Assembly (NCBI GenBank): GCA_964396205.1
Contig: CAYNEJ010000003.1
Span: 1-56,109 of the forward strand
Direction of reading: 5' to 3'
DNA from: an uncultured Syntrophaceae bacterium
Lineage (GTDB): Bacteria; Desulfobacterota; Syntrophia; Syntrophales; PHBD01
Length of the DNA stretch: 56,109 nucleotides
Of the stretch, positions 26,392-34,831 are shown in pieces (within the stretch, counting starts at the first letter, position 1; the number at the start of each line of letters is the position of its first letter). Both the position numbers and the translations under genes were made by a program. The notes under the pieces were generated by a model, which was given only the letters and a program-made list of their open reading frames with translations, did no database searches and was not told where the DNA came from.

Positions 26392-29130
26392 TCAGTCCAG
26401 CACCCCCCGGATTTTTCCAGAGAGCTGCTCGAGATAAAAAGGCTTCTGGAGAAATCCGTCGCAGCCGCGGTCCATGATGTCCTGGGCCTGGCCGTTGATG
26501 CTGTAGCCGCTGGATAGAATGATCCTGAGCTCGGGATTGATTTCCCGAAGGAGGTCGAACGTTTCCCCTCCCGAGAGCCCCGGCATGATCATGTCCAGAA
26601 TCACCAGGTCGATTTCGCCTTTTTTTACCATGTAAGTCGCCACCGCTTCCTGGCCGCTCCCGGCCACATAAACCCGGTATCCAAGGGATATCAGCAGCTC
26701 ACGGGTCACCTCGGCCACCGTCCGTTCGTCTTCGACCAGCAAAATCGTCTCCGTACCCCTTCTTGTGACCGTTTCGATTTCCTTCGTATCCAGAACAACC
26801 GCTCTGTCCGTTGCCGGCAGATGGATGATGAACGTCGATCCATGGCCGGGCTCGCTTTCCACGTGGATGGTGCCGCCGTGCCCCTTGATGATTCCATAGA
26901 CCATCGCCAGTCCCAAACCGGTTCCTCTTCCCATCGATTTGGTGGTGAAAAAGGGATCGAAGATTCGCTCCATCGTTTTCCGGTCCATCCCGGTGCCCGT
27001 GTCAGTGACCTGAATCTTCACATATCTTCCGGGTTTGGCGGCATAAGGGACCGCCTGTTCATCATCCAGGGAAACGTTCTCCGTTTCCAGAAACATCTCG
27101 CCGCCTCCGGGCATGGCCTGCCAGGCGTTCACATAGAGATTCATGAGCACCTGCTCCATCTGCCCCCGGTCCACTTCCACGTTCCAGAGATCGTTCGCAA
27201 ATTTCCGGTGAATGGAGATTTCCTTTTTCGTTCTGCCGAACATGGAGGAGGTCCTGGTGAGGATATCGTTCATGTCGGAGGGCTTCACCTCGTATCGTCC
27301 CCCCCGGGCAAGCCCGAGGAGCTGCCCGGTCAGATCCGTGCCGCTTTTCACCTGCTCCTCGATCCGTTTGAGCCTGTCATAATAGGGGTGAGAAGGCTCC
27401 AGCTCCAGCAGCGTCAGGGACGCATATCCCTGAATGCCCATGAGCAGGTTGTTGAAGTCGTGGGCAATGCCGCCTGCCAGGGTGCCGATGGCCTCCATCT
27501 TCTGGGCCTGGTTGAGCTTCTTTTCCATGTCCCTCAGTTCGGTGATGTCTTTCATCATGCCCAGAAAACCGTTGATGCGGTCTTCCGAGTCGCGAAGAAT
27601 GGCGCTGTTCATGATGAAGATTCGTTCCGCTCCGTCACTGTTCAGCATCGTGCCGATGTGATTGCTGAAGGCTTTGCCTTCATCCCGGATGCCTTTGAAC
27701 AGTTTCCGGAGGGTTTTTCCTTCTTTCTCCTTGGCAAATTCCGTGAAGGAACGTCCCGTCAGTTCGTCTTCACCATGGCCCAGGATCCGTTCCCAGGAGG
27801 GATTCACGTAGGTGAGGTTTCCCGACAGATCCAGCGTGTAGATGATATCCGGGGCGCTCTCGCACAAGGCACGAAAGCGTTTTTCGCTTTCCATCAGGTC
27901 TTTTTCCACCCGTTTGCGGTCGGTGATATCCATTGAATTGCCCAGAATGGCCGGCCGGCCGCCGTACTGAATGGACGTGACCGATTCCAGAATCCAGCGG
28001 ATCGATCCGTCCTTCGTCACGATCCTGAATTCATGAGGCGAGGACTCCTCGCCGCGGAGTGTCTTCCTGGCCCATTCCCTCTTTTGGCTTCGATCGTCGG
28101 GATGAACGATGCTGTCCGATTTCAGGCCGACCAGCTCTTCAGGACTGTACCCGGAGAAGGAGGCCGCATTGTCGTTCAGATACGCGAAACGGCCTTCCTG
28201 AACGACATAGACGCCGTTCAACGACTTTTCCACGAGGTTCTTGTAGCGCTCCTCGCTCTCCCGGAGGGCTTTCTCCGCCCGCATGCGGTCGGTGATGTCG
28301 AACATGGATCCCATGATGGTCGGCTTGCTCGTCAGGTCGATGGTCGCGGCGGACAGCTCAATCCACTTCACCTCCCCGCTCTTGAGGATGATTTTGAACT
28401 CGTACCGCTCCGGCGGTTCCGTCCCTTCCTGACGCCGGGTTCCTCTGCCCTTGACCAGTTCGCGGAAATCCGGATGGATGAAGTCCCAGAAGGGGATGCC
28501 GGCGAGTTCGGGCAGGGTGTAACCGGTGATGGCCTCGAAGGCCGGATTGACATAGATGAACGTGTCGCCCTGAATGAGATAGATGCCCGCCGAGGTGCTT
28601 TCCATCAGAGCCCGGTATTTGCTCTCGCTTTCCTTCAGCGCCTTTTCCATCCGCCTGCGCTCCGTGACGTCGGCCAGTATGTACAGCATTGCCGTTTCAC
28701 CTTCCTCGGGCATCAGCAAGGTTGTCGACAGGGAGACCCAGACCGATCGGCCGCCTGCGCCTATGATCCGGAACTCGTAGGAGTCGGGAACATACTCTCC
28801 CCGGACGCGCTTCCAGTAATTCATTACGACGAGGTCCCGATCCACGGGCCAGACGAGATCCGGGAAGGGGAGCCCTTCCAGCTCCTTCACCGGCACTCCC
28901 AGCAGATCCGTCATCTTTCTGTTGGCGAAGACAAAGCGGCCGTTCTGCAGGATGAAAACCGCCTCGCCGGCCCTGTCGAACGTGCTTCTGTATTTTTGAA
29001 ACAGTTCAATACGAAACTCCTGCGCTGTTTTCCCGGCCGAAAACGCCTCCTCCTTGTCGGCCGTTGCATCAAGGTGCAGGTCCTTGATTTTACCGATGGT
29101 TTGTCGTCTGCTTGTCATTTCCTCACCCAT
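26392..29130 (-). CDS. multi-PAS hybrid sensor histidine kinase with C-terminal receiver
   Basis: 912 aa. Several PAS/PAC repeats, HisKA ([11 protein letters not shown]), HATPase (GTGLGLAMV), REC (ILLVEDE...[10 protein letters not shown]). GAGGA SD. Confidence 0.85.
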   Translation of the reverse strand: MGEEMTSRRQTIGKIKDLHLDATADKEEAFSAGKTAQEFRIELFQKYRSTFDRAGEAVFILQNGRFVFANRKMTDLLGVPVKELEGLPFPDLVWPVDRDLVVMNYWKRVRGEYVPDSYEFRIIGAGGRSVWVSLSTTLLMPEEGETAMLYILADVTERRRMEKALKESESKYRALMESTSAGIYLIQGDTFIYVNPAFEAITGYTLPELAGIPFWDFIHPDFRELVKGRGTRRQEGTEPPERYEFKIILKSGEVKWIELSAATIDLTSKPTIMGSMFDITDRMRAEKALRESEERYKNLVEKSLNGVYVVQEGRFAYLNDNAASFSGYSPEELVGLKSDSIVHPDDRSQKREWARKTLRGEESSPHEFRIVTKDGSIRWILESVTSIQYGGRPAILGNSMDITDRKRVEKDLMESEKRFRALCESAPDIIYTLDLSGNLTYVNPSWERILGHGEDELTGRSFTEFAKEKEGKTLRKLFKGIRDEGKAFSNHIGTMLNSDGAERIFIMNSAILRDSEDRINGFLGMMKDITELRDMEKKLNQAQKMEAIGTLAGGIAHDFNNLLMGIQGYASLTLLELEPSHPYYDRLKRIEEQVKSGTDLTGQLLGLARGGRYEVKPSDMNDILTRTSSMFGRTKKEISIHRKFANDLWNVEVDRGQMEQVLMNLYVNAWQAMPGGGEMFLETENVSLDDEQAVPYAAKPGRYVKIQVTDTGTGMDRKTMERIFDPFFTTKSMGRGTGLGLAMVYGIIKGHGGTIHVESEPGHGSTFIIHLPATDRAVVLDTKEIETVTRRGTETILLVEDERTVAEVTRELLISLGYRVYVAGSGQEAVATYMVKKGEIDLVILDMIMPGLSGGETFDLLREINPELRIILSSGYSINGQAQDIMDRGCDGFLQKPFYLEQLSGKIRGVLD

Positions 29131-29161
29131 AATGAATCCTCAATCCATGCAGAGTCGCGAT

Positions 29162-29195
29162 GAAAAATAAAAACCCCGCCATCGGAAGGGCGGGG
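29162..29195 (-). terminator. canonical rho-independent terminator on the minus strand, 32 nt upstream of the kinase start codon
   Basis: Minus strand reads CCCCGCC-CTTCCGAT-GGCGGGG-TTTTTATTTTT. The nearest upstream minus-strand CDS (doc) ends 450 nt away. Confidence 0.6.
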
Positions 29196-29645
29196 TCGTC
29201 GTGTATGTCGTTCCGATCCATGAGAAGAAATACCAATCCGGTTGCTTTCGGGTGGGCATGCTGGACCAGATGGGCGGATATGTCAAGGGGCAGAATAGGG
29301 GCACAGTAATAGCTGGTTACATGTCAGACGTGTGGGTTACAGCTCAAAAACATTCACGATTGCCCGTTTTATGCCGTTGGCCGGAAATCCGGGTGAGGGA
29401 TTGTCATGATGAACAAAGGCAGGATCATTTATGAAGGGGAGGAGCGTGATTGCCGGTGGTTACGACCACATCGCGATCCGGTGCGGCGGCAACCCGGCGC
29501 AGGAAAGGATCCCCGCAGGCAATCATTGCCCGGCAGGCAGGGGTAAATCTTCCAATTTCGAGGCTTTCACGAAGCTCGCCGGATTATTTCCTCTATCCAG
29601 AGCTTTGAAGTGGGCTTCACCGCACTTGATTTTCGCATTGTAACT

Positions 29646-30089
29646 TCACGGGATGCCCTTCGATATCGCATTCAAAATCTTCAGTTTCAGAGCCTCATCG
29701 TCTTCGTCGCCATGCAGAACGGCATTCATCCATTCGCCGAGCAACTCCTTGTTTATGTTCCCGGCGGCAACATGGTAGCTTATGTTTTCCGATTCCCGGA
29801 TAAATTCCCCCACGCTTCGCAAGTAGCCGTTGAGCAGAAGCATTTGTGCACAAAGTGAAATGGCGATTCGCTTGTTGCCGTCGGCAAAGCAATGGAACTT
29901 GCAGGTGCAGAAGAACAAATGGGTCAGCTTGTCGGCAAGGGATGGATAATAATCATCATTCCGCATGTGATTCAAAATGGAGTCAAGCTGCCCGGAGTCA
30001 AGGCAGCCGACCGACCCCCCGCCGCTGACGGCCACCGTCTTGCGATGCACTTCAAGAGCCTGATCGAGCGTGAGGTAGAGAATCGGCAT
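29646..30089 (-). CDS. doc: Doc (death-on-curing) / Fic-family toxin
   Basis: 147 aa with the Doc variant of the Fic motif, HCFADGNKR. ATG is 2 nt after the upstream gene's stop. Local GC is visibly lower than the flanks. Confidence 0.85.
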   Translation of the reverse strand: MPILYLTLDQALEVHRKTVAVSGGGSVGCLDSGQLDSILNHMRNDDYYPSLADKLTHLFFCTCKFHCFADGNKRIAISLCAQMLLLNGYLRSVGEFIRESENISYHVAAGNINKELLGEWMNAVLHGDEDDEALKLKILNAISKGIP

Positions 30090-30091
30090 GA

Positions 30092-31111
30092 TTATTCACG
30101 CTCTTTGAGCCGCTTCATGACATCTTTCGCGTCCTCGAGCCTTTCTGCCAATTCCTTGCTTTTCTCACCGAGAAAACGTTCAAATTCTTCACGATGCAGG
30201 GGGGTGACATATTCCTTGAGCTGAAGATGCAATGCATCGCGAAAGGCCAGATCGCGGCTGGCCATTTTGTTCCGTGCTTTCTCAATAAGAGGCTTCCATA
30301 ACGCCTGTTTTTCAAAATCTGTAAATAGTGAATCAACCTCCCAGGAGGTCAGTTTGTGCTTCCGGGCGGCAAAGCCGCTGCGCAATACGGCGGCAAAACC
30401 GTTCTCATAAGCAGCGACCAAATCCAGTATCTCCGCATAGAAGGTGTCCCTTATCTTGTCTTTCTCCTGTAACCGCAACACCTTGCGGTATTCCGTCGCC
30501 TTTTCACGAAAGATGCTGACATAGATCTTGTCCGTGTAGAGAGGATACTTGAAGTTTCCCATATCGACACAATCCTTCAATGCGTCGGTGAATTCGCGTC
30601 GATAGTTTTCTTCCTCGAACCAGGATTGAAGAAAATCCTCATCCCGCTGGTTGATGTATTTGGTGCCGCCACCGGTGCGTTGATTGATCGTATCGATGAC
30701 GATGTCGAGAATCGTCCGACGCAGGAGTCGTGCCCGCTCACTCTCGACGATCAGCATGGACAGGTTCAGGAATGCGCGAAAGTCAAAGATGCCGAGCACT
30801 GTCGTTTTGGTAACGAAGCCCATTTCGTCACCAAAATGCTTCATGATCTCTGTTTTAAGTTCTTTCAACTGGTTACCGCGCAGTACCTCGTACCCGTTCT
30901 GGCGCAGTTCGTCGCCGTATTTCTCGATATAGTTGTCGATCGTGCGGGGGGTGACCTCAAAGAAAGCTGCCACCTGCTCTTTCAGCACAACCGTCTTTTC
31001 TTGAAACGGAATGCCCCGGATTCCCGCAGCTTTTTCGATTTCTGCAACGGCATAAGGGTTGTTGAGGATGTTCTTCCGGTCGAGGGCGGAATTCGTCAGA
31101 TCTTTCTTCAC
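30092..31111 (-). CDS. 339-aa HTH DNA-binding protein, putative partner/antitoxin of Doc (RhuM-like architecture)
   Basis: GTG start at 31111. HTH-like segment QVAAFFEVTPRTIDNYIEKY, then a long helical K/E/R-rich body. Translationally coupled to doc. Confidence 0.65.
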   Translation of the reverse strand: MKKDLTNSALDRKNILNNPYAVAEIEKAAGIRGIPFQEKTVVLKEQVAAFFEVTPRTIDNYIEKYGDELRQNGYEVLRGNQLKELKTEIMKHFGDEMGFVTKTTVLGIFDFRAFLNLSMLIVESERARLLRRTILDIVIDTINQRTGGGTKYINQRDEDFLQSWFEEENYRREFTDALKDCVDMGNFKYPLYTDKIYVSIFREKATEYRKVLRLQEKDKIRDTFYAEILDLVAAYENGFAAVLRSGFAARKHKLTSWEVDSLFTDFEKQALWKPLIEKARNKMASRDLAFRDALHLQLKEYVTPLHREEFERFLGEKSKELAERLEDAKDVMKRLKERE

Positions 31112-31126
31112 GCTGCAAGAACCTTT

Positions 31127-31327
31127 CTACAGGCTGCGGATGTTTCCCAGGCCGTACTGCTGGAGAATGGCGGAAAGGTTGGTTGTGGTCACATCGTCGG
31201 CGAAGGCGGCATCGCAAAAAACGACCTTGCTTTCGCCTGCCGGAGAAAGCGCCTTGTGCCACGCCCTGATGCCCAGTGCCAAGGGTTCAAGTTCGTCGAT
31301 GCTGATCGAAGGGGAAACCTGTTCCAT
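31127..31327 (-). CDS. small hypothetical ORF (66 aa) at the head of the Doc operon; possibly a gene remnant
   Basis: MEQVSPSISIDELEPLALGIRAWHKALSPAGESKVVFCDAAFADDVTTTNLSAILQQYGLGNIRSL. Ends 15 nt before the HTH gene. No motif recognised. Confidence 0.25.
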   Translation of the reverse strand: MEQVSPSISIDELEPLALGIRAWHKALSPAGESKVVFCDAAFADDVTTTNLSAILQQYGLGNIRSL

Positions 31328-31415
31328 CCCGGGCGCCTGCCTCTGTCTTGGAGGTAAGAGTGTCGGATCAGGGACTGAGGTTGGGAACGTGGCGAATGTA
31401 CTCGGGTTGCTCCCG

Positions 31416-31425
31416 GGTTGCAACC
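31416..31425. promoter_or_regulatory. 10-bp perfect palindrome GGTTGCAACC in the island promoter region
   Basis: Lies downstream of a minus-strand TACAAT (-10-like, plus coordinates 31456-31461). GGGTTGC is also directly repeated at 31404-31410 and 31415-31421. Confidence 0.3.
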
Positions 31426-31511
31426 TTAAAGTGAATCCGGCAATGGACGTTTCCCATTGTAGATCGTGCAATAAATCAGGCATTTCCGTTAAGATTGTTT
31501 CGCAGCAAAGG

Positions 31512-33701
31512 TCAGCGCTCCGCCGGTTCCGCTCCCTGTCCCAAGGCTCTCTGCACGGCCCGGCCGAGGTCGCCGAGGGAGACGGGCTTCATCAGGAAAT
31601 CCCGGCAGCCGAGTTTCTGCGCCTCCTCCCTGTCCATCCGCTCGCTGAAGCCGGTGGTCAGGATGATCGGGAGATCGGGCCGGATCTTCAGCATCTCCCC
31701 CGCCAGGCGGGCGCCGGTCATGTTGGGCATTGTCATGTCCGTGATCACCAGGTCGTAGTCCCGCGGGTTTGCCCGGAAGGCCTCCAGGGCGTCGATACTG
31801 CTCAGGCGGACGGCCACGTCATAGCCGAGGGACGTGAGCATCTCCCGCCCCAGGGAGGCGATGGGCTCCTCGTCGTCGACGTACAGGATGTGCCCGGTCC
31901 CCTCGGGAATCAGGGCCATCTCCGGCCCTTCCCATTCCGTCACGGCATCGAGCAGGGGCAGGTGAATCGTGAAGGCGGTTCCTTTCCCGGGCTCGCTTTC
32001 CACGCGAATCATCCCGCCGTGGTCCTTGACGATGCCGTACACGACGGACAATCCCAGCCCCGTCCCTTCGCCGGACGCCTTGGTTGTGAAGAAAGGATCG
32101 AAAATCTTGTCCCGCACAGCCGGATCGATCCCTTCCCCGGTGTCGCTCACCACCATCTGCAGATAGGGACCCTCCTTCAACCCCGGGTCGTAAACCGGGC
32201 TTTGCGCGGTGAGTTCCTGCCTGCCGAGTCGCACATCGAGGACGCCCTCCCTGTCGCGCATGGCATGCACGGCATTGGTGCAGAGGTTCATCAACACCTG
32301 GTGGATCTGGGTGGGATCGGCCAGGACGGTGTCGTGGGTAGTTTCGAAGGATGTGCGGATCTCGACGGTCGAGGGAATGGACGACCGAAGCAGCTGCAGG
32401 ACTTCCCTGACGACAGGGGTGACGGCCATCGGCTTCATCTCCTGCTCCCGCCGGCGGCTGAAGGTCAGGATCTGTTTGACCAGATCCCGGGAGCGGTCGC
32501 AGGCCTTGAGGATCTGTTCGAGATAGGGCTGGATCTGCGGGTCCGTCGTCTTGAACCGCGCCAGTTCCGCATAGCCCATCATCGCCGAGAGGATGTTGTT
32601 GAAATCATGGGCGATGCCTCCGGCCAGCGTGCCGATGGCCTCCATCTTCTGGGCCTGCCGGAGCAGCGTCTCGAGTTTGACTGCCTCGGTGATGTCCCGG
32701 TTGAGGGCAATGTAGCCCGTCAGTTCCCCCGTGGAGGTCAGCAGGGGACTGATGGTCGAATCCGCCTGGATCAGTTTCCCGTCCTTCCGCCGGTTCGTCA
32801 TGCGTCCGCTCCAGATCACGCCGCTCTGGAGGGTCTTCCAGAGATTCTCGTAAAAGGAGTGATTCTGGACGCCGCTCTTCAGGAGCGACGGAGTCCTGCC
32901 GATGGCCTCGCTGCGGCTGTATCCGGTGACTTTCTCGAAGGCCGGATTCACATACTGGATGACTCCGTCCGGGTCGGTGATGAGGACGCTTTCCGCGGCC
33001 CGCTCGATGGCGAAATTCAGGCGCCGCAGGTCTTCTTCCGCTCTCTTCCGCTCCGTGATGTCCAACAGGACGCCGTGATAGAGAGTCGACGGGCCATCCC
33101 TTTTCGGTGTGGCGATTGCCTGGAACCACAGGTGTTCCCCGTCCGGTCTGGCAAACCGGCCCTCGAACCGCCAGGGGGTCCCGGAAGCGGCCGCCTCCCG
33201 GAGAGAGCCCAGGAAGCGGCCGCGGTCCTCCTCCACGACGTGATCGGCGAACACCGGGAAGAAGGCATCGAGCTCCACGGGCAACCCGAAGGTCTCCGTC
33301 AATCTCTCGCTCACGTAGCTGACGTTGCAGCCTCCGGCATCCGTGGCAACGAACTGGTATGCGACGCCGGGTATATTGGTCGCGATGCTGTGCAGCAGGA
33401 TCTCCCTCTCCTGAAGCGTCCGGTTCATGCTCCTCAACCGATCCACATACGTGTGGATGAGAACATAGAGCAACAACGCCGTGATCAGGATAAACAGAAT
33501 GCCCTTTGATATCTGGACATACGTCATCACGTTTGCATCGCGGACCAGCCAGGCGAGGACGGTGTCCGAGAAGTAGATCCACATCACGCCGAAGAATATG
33601 TAGATGCCGATGATCTTCGGGATCGCGTAACGATCGTGTCGTTGCGAGGATGAGTCCATATGCACACTCATCGAATGGCCGTAAAGAAGGGATCTGTTCA
33701 C
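31512..33701 (-). CDS. membrane-anchored PAS hybrid sensor histidine kinase with C-terminal receiver
   Basis: 729 aa. Two N-terminal TM helices, PAS domains, HisKA ([11 protein letters not shown]), HATPase (GTGLGLSVV), REC (ILYVDDE...[10 protein letters not shown]). Start uncertain (GTG 33701, ATG 33671 or 33659). Confidence 0.85.
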   Translation of the reverse strand: MNRSLLYGHSMSVHMDSSSQRHDRYAIPKIIGIYIFFGVMWIYFSDTVLAWLVRDANVMTYVQISKGILFILITALLLYVLIHTYVDRLRSMNRTLQEREILLHSIATNIPGVAYQFVATDAGGCNVSYVSERLTETFGLPVELDAFFPVFADHVVEEDRGRFLGSLREAAASGTPWRFEGRFARPDGEHLWFQAIATPKRDGPSTLYHGVLLDITERKRAEEDLRRLNFAIERAAESVLITDPDGVIQYVNPAFEKVTGYSRSEAIGRTPSLLKSGVQNHSFYENLWKTLQSGVIWSGRMTNRRKDGKLIQADSTISPLLTSTGELTGYIALNRDITEAVKLETLLRQAQKMEAIGTLAGGIAHDFNNILSAMMGYAELARFKTTDPQIQPYLEQILKACDRSRDLVKQILTFSRRREQEMKPMAVTPVVREVLQLLRSSIPSTVEIRTSFETTHDTVLADPTQIHQVLMNLCTNAVHAMRDREGVLDVRLGRQELTAQSPVYDPGLKEGPYLQMVVSDTGEGIDPAVRDKIFDPFFTTKASGEGTGLGLSVVYGIVKDHGGMIRVESEPGKGTAFTIHLPLLDAVTEWEGPEMALIPEGTGHILYVDDEEPIASLGREMLTSLGYDVAVRLSSIDALEAFRANPRDYDLVITDMTMPNMTGARLAGEMLKIRPDLPIILTTGFSERMDREEAQKLGCRDFLMKPVSLGDLGRAVQRALGQGAEPAER

Positions 33702-33742
33702 CGGCAGACGGGTCTTGTCCTGTCCCGTCGCCTGTTGACGCC

Positions 33743-34828
33743 TTATCCTGTGTACCCCATTTCCCGTCCGATCCGGTCGAATTCCTCCTCCAGCGACAGA
33801 AAGGCGGCCACCACGACGGGGTCGAACTGGACGCCGCTGCCTTTCTCAATGAATCCGAGTGCCTGCTCCCGTGTGCAAGGTCCCTTGTAACAGCGGGTGG
33901 AGCGCAAGGCGTCGTAGACATCCGCGACGGACATGATCCGGGCCGCCAGGGGGATCTCCTCGCCCCTGAGCCCGTCGGGGTAGCCTCTCCCGTCCCAGCG
34001 CTCATGGTGGCTCCGCGCGATGGAGATCCCCATGTTGATGAATGTGTTCCTGGGGTACACGTCGCGAACCGACTCCATGGTCGCGGCGCCCACGACGGGA
34101 TGCTCCTTCATGATGCCGAACTCTTCCTCGGTCAGCTTTCCGGATTTCAGCAGGACCCGGTCGGGACTGGCGACCTTGCCGATGTCGTGCAGCGGGCTGG
34201 CGTTGAAGATGTTGTGGATGAAGGCCTCGTCGATCAACCGGTTGTACGGCTCCTCCCGGCCCAGTTTTTCCGCCAGCATTCCGCAGAATGTCTGGACCCG
34301 CTCCAGGTGCTTTCCCGTCTCCCTGTCCCTGGACTCGGCCAGCTTGGAAAGGGCGAAGATCGTCGATACCTGGGAGGCGGAGATCTCCCGAACCTGCTCC
34401 GCCACAAGGTCCTCCAGGTGAGCCTGGTAGCGCCGGAGCTTGAGGTGGGTCTCCACCCGCGCCTCGACCTCTTCAAACTGGAAGGGCTTGGTCACGTAAT
34501 CGACGCCGCCGCTGCCGAAGGCCTTCACCTTGTCGAGAGTCTCCGTGAGGGCGCTGATGAAAATGACGGGGATGTCCCGGAACCGTACATCCTGTTTCAG
34601 CCTCCGGCAGACTTCGAAACCGTCCATCTCCGGCATGGTGATGTCGAGGAGAATCAGGTCGGGCCGTTCGTGCTCCACGGCCTTGAGGGCGAGTTTCCCG
34701 CTGGGCACGGGCCGCACGCGGTGGCCTTTCTCCTTGAGCATGCCGGCGAGGAGGGTGAGGTTGGCAGGCACGTCGTCCACGACCAGGATATCGGCCTGGA
34801 CCGGATCCGTTTGCTTTTCGTTCTTCAT
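33743..34828 (-). CDS. response regulator with HD-GYP c-di-GMP phosphodiesterase domain (RpfG family)
   Basis: REC (ILVVDDVPANL...DLILLDITMPEMDG) plus an HD-GYP domain (HDIGKV, HHERWDGRGYP). Confidence 0.9.
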   Translation of the reverse strand: MKNEKQTDPVQADILVVDDVPANLTLLAGMLKEKGHRVRPVPSGKLALKAVEHERPDLILLDITMPEMDGFEVCRRLKQDVRFRDIPVIFISALTETLDKVKAFGSGGVDYVTKPFQFEEVEARVETHLKLRRYQAHLEDLVAEQVREISASQVSTIFALSKLAESRDRETGKHLERVQTFCGMLAEKLGREEPYNRLIDEAFIHNIFNASPLHDIGKVASPDRVLLKSGKLTEEEFGIMKEHPVVGAATMESVRDVYPRNTFINMGISIARSHHERWDGRGYPDGLRGEEIPLAARIMSVADVYDALRSTRCYKGPCTREQALGFIEKGSGVQFDPVVVAAFLSLEEEFDRIGREMGYTG

Positions 34829-34831
34829 GCA

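Noticed and set aside
29307-29325. Sigma54-like element GGGGCAC-N5-TAGCT on the plus strand.
   Set aside because: The GG-N10-GC spacing fits, but the -12 box is TAGC rather than TTGC. No credible plus-strand gene lies downstream and no enhancer-binding protein gene is nearby.
29431-29643. 70-aa plus-strand ORF (MKGRSVIAGGYDHIAIRCGG...) with a nearby GGAGGAG.
   Set aside because: The SD-like sequence is too close to the GTG and follows the ATG. The composition is not protein-like and no motif is present. The region is more plausibly non-coding leader or 3' UTR on the opposite strand.
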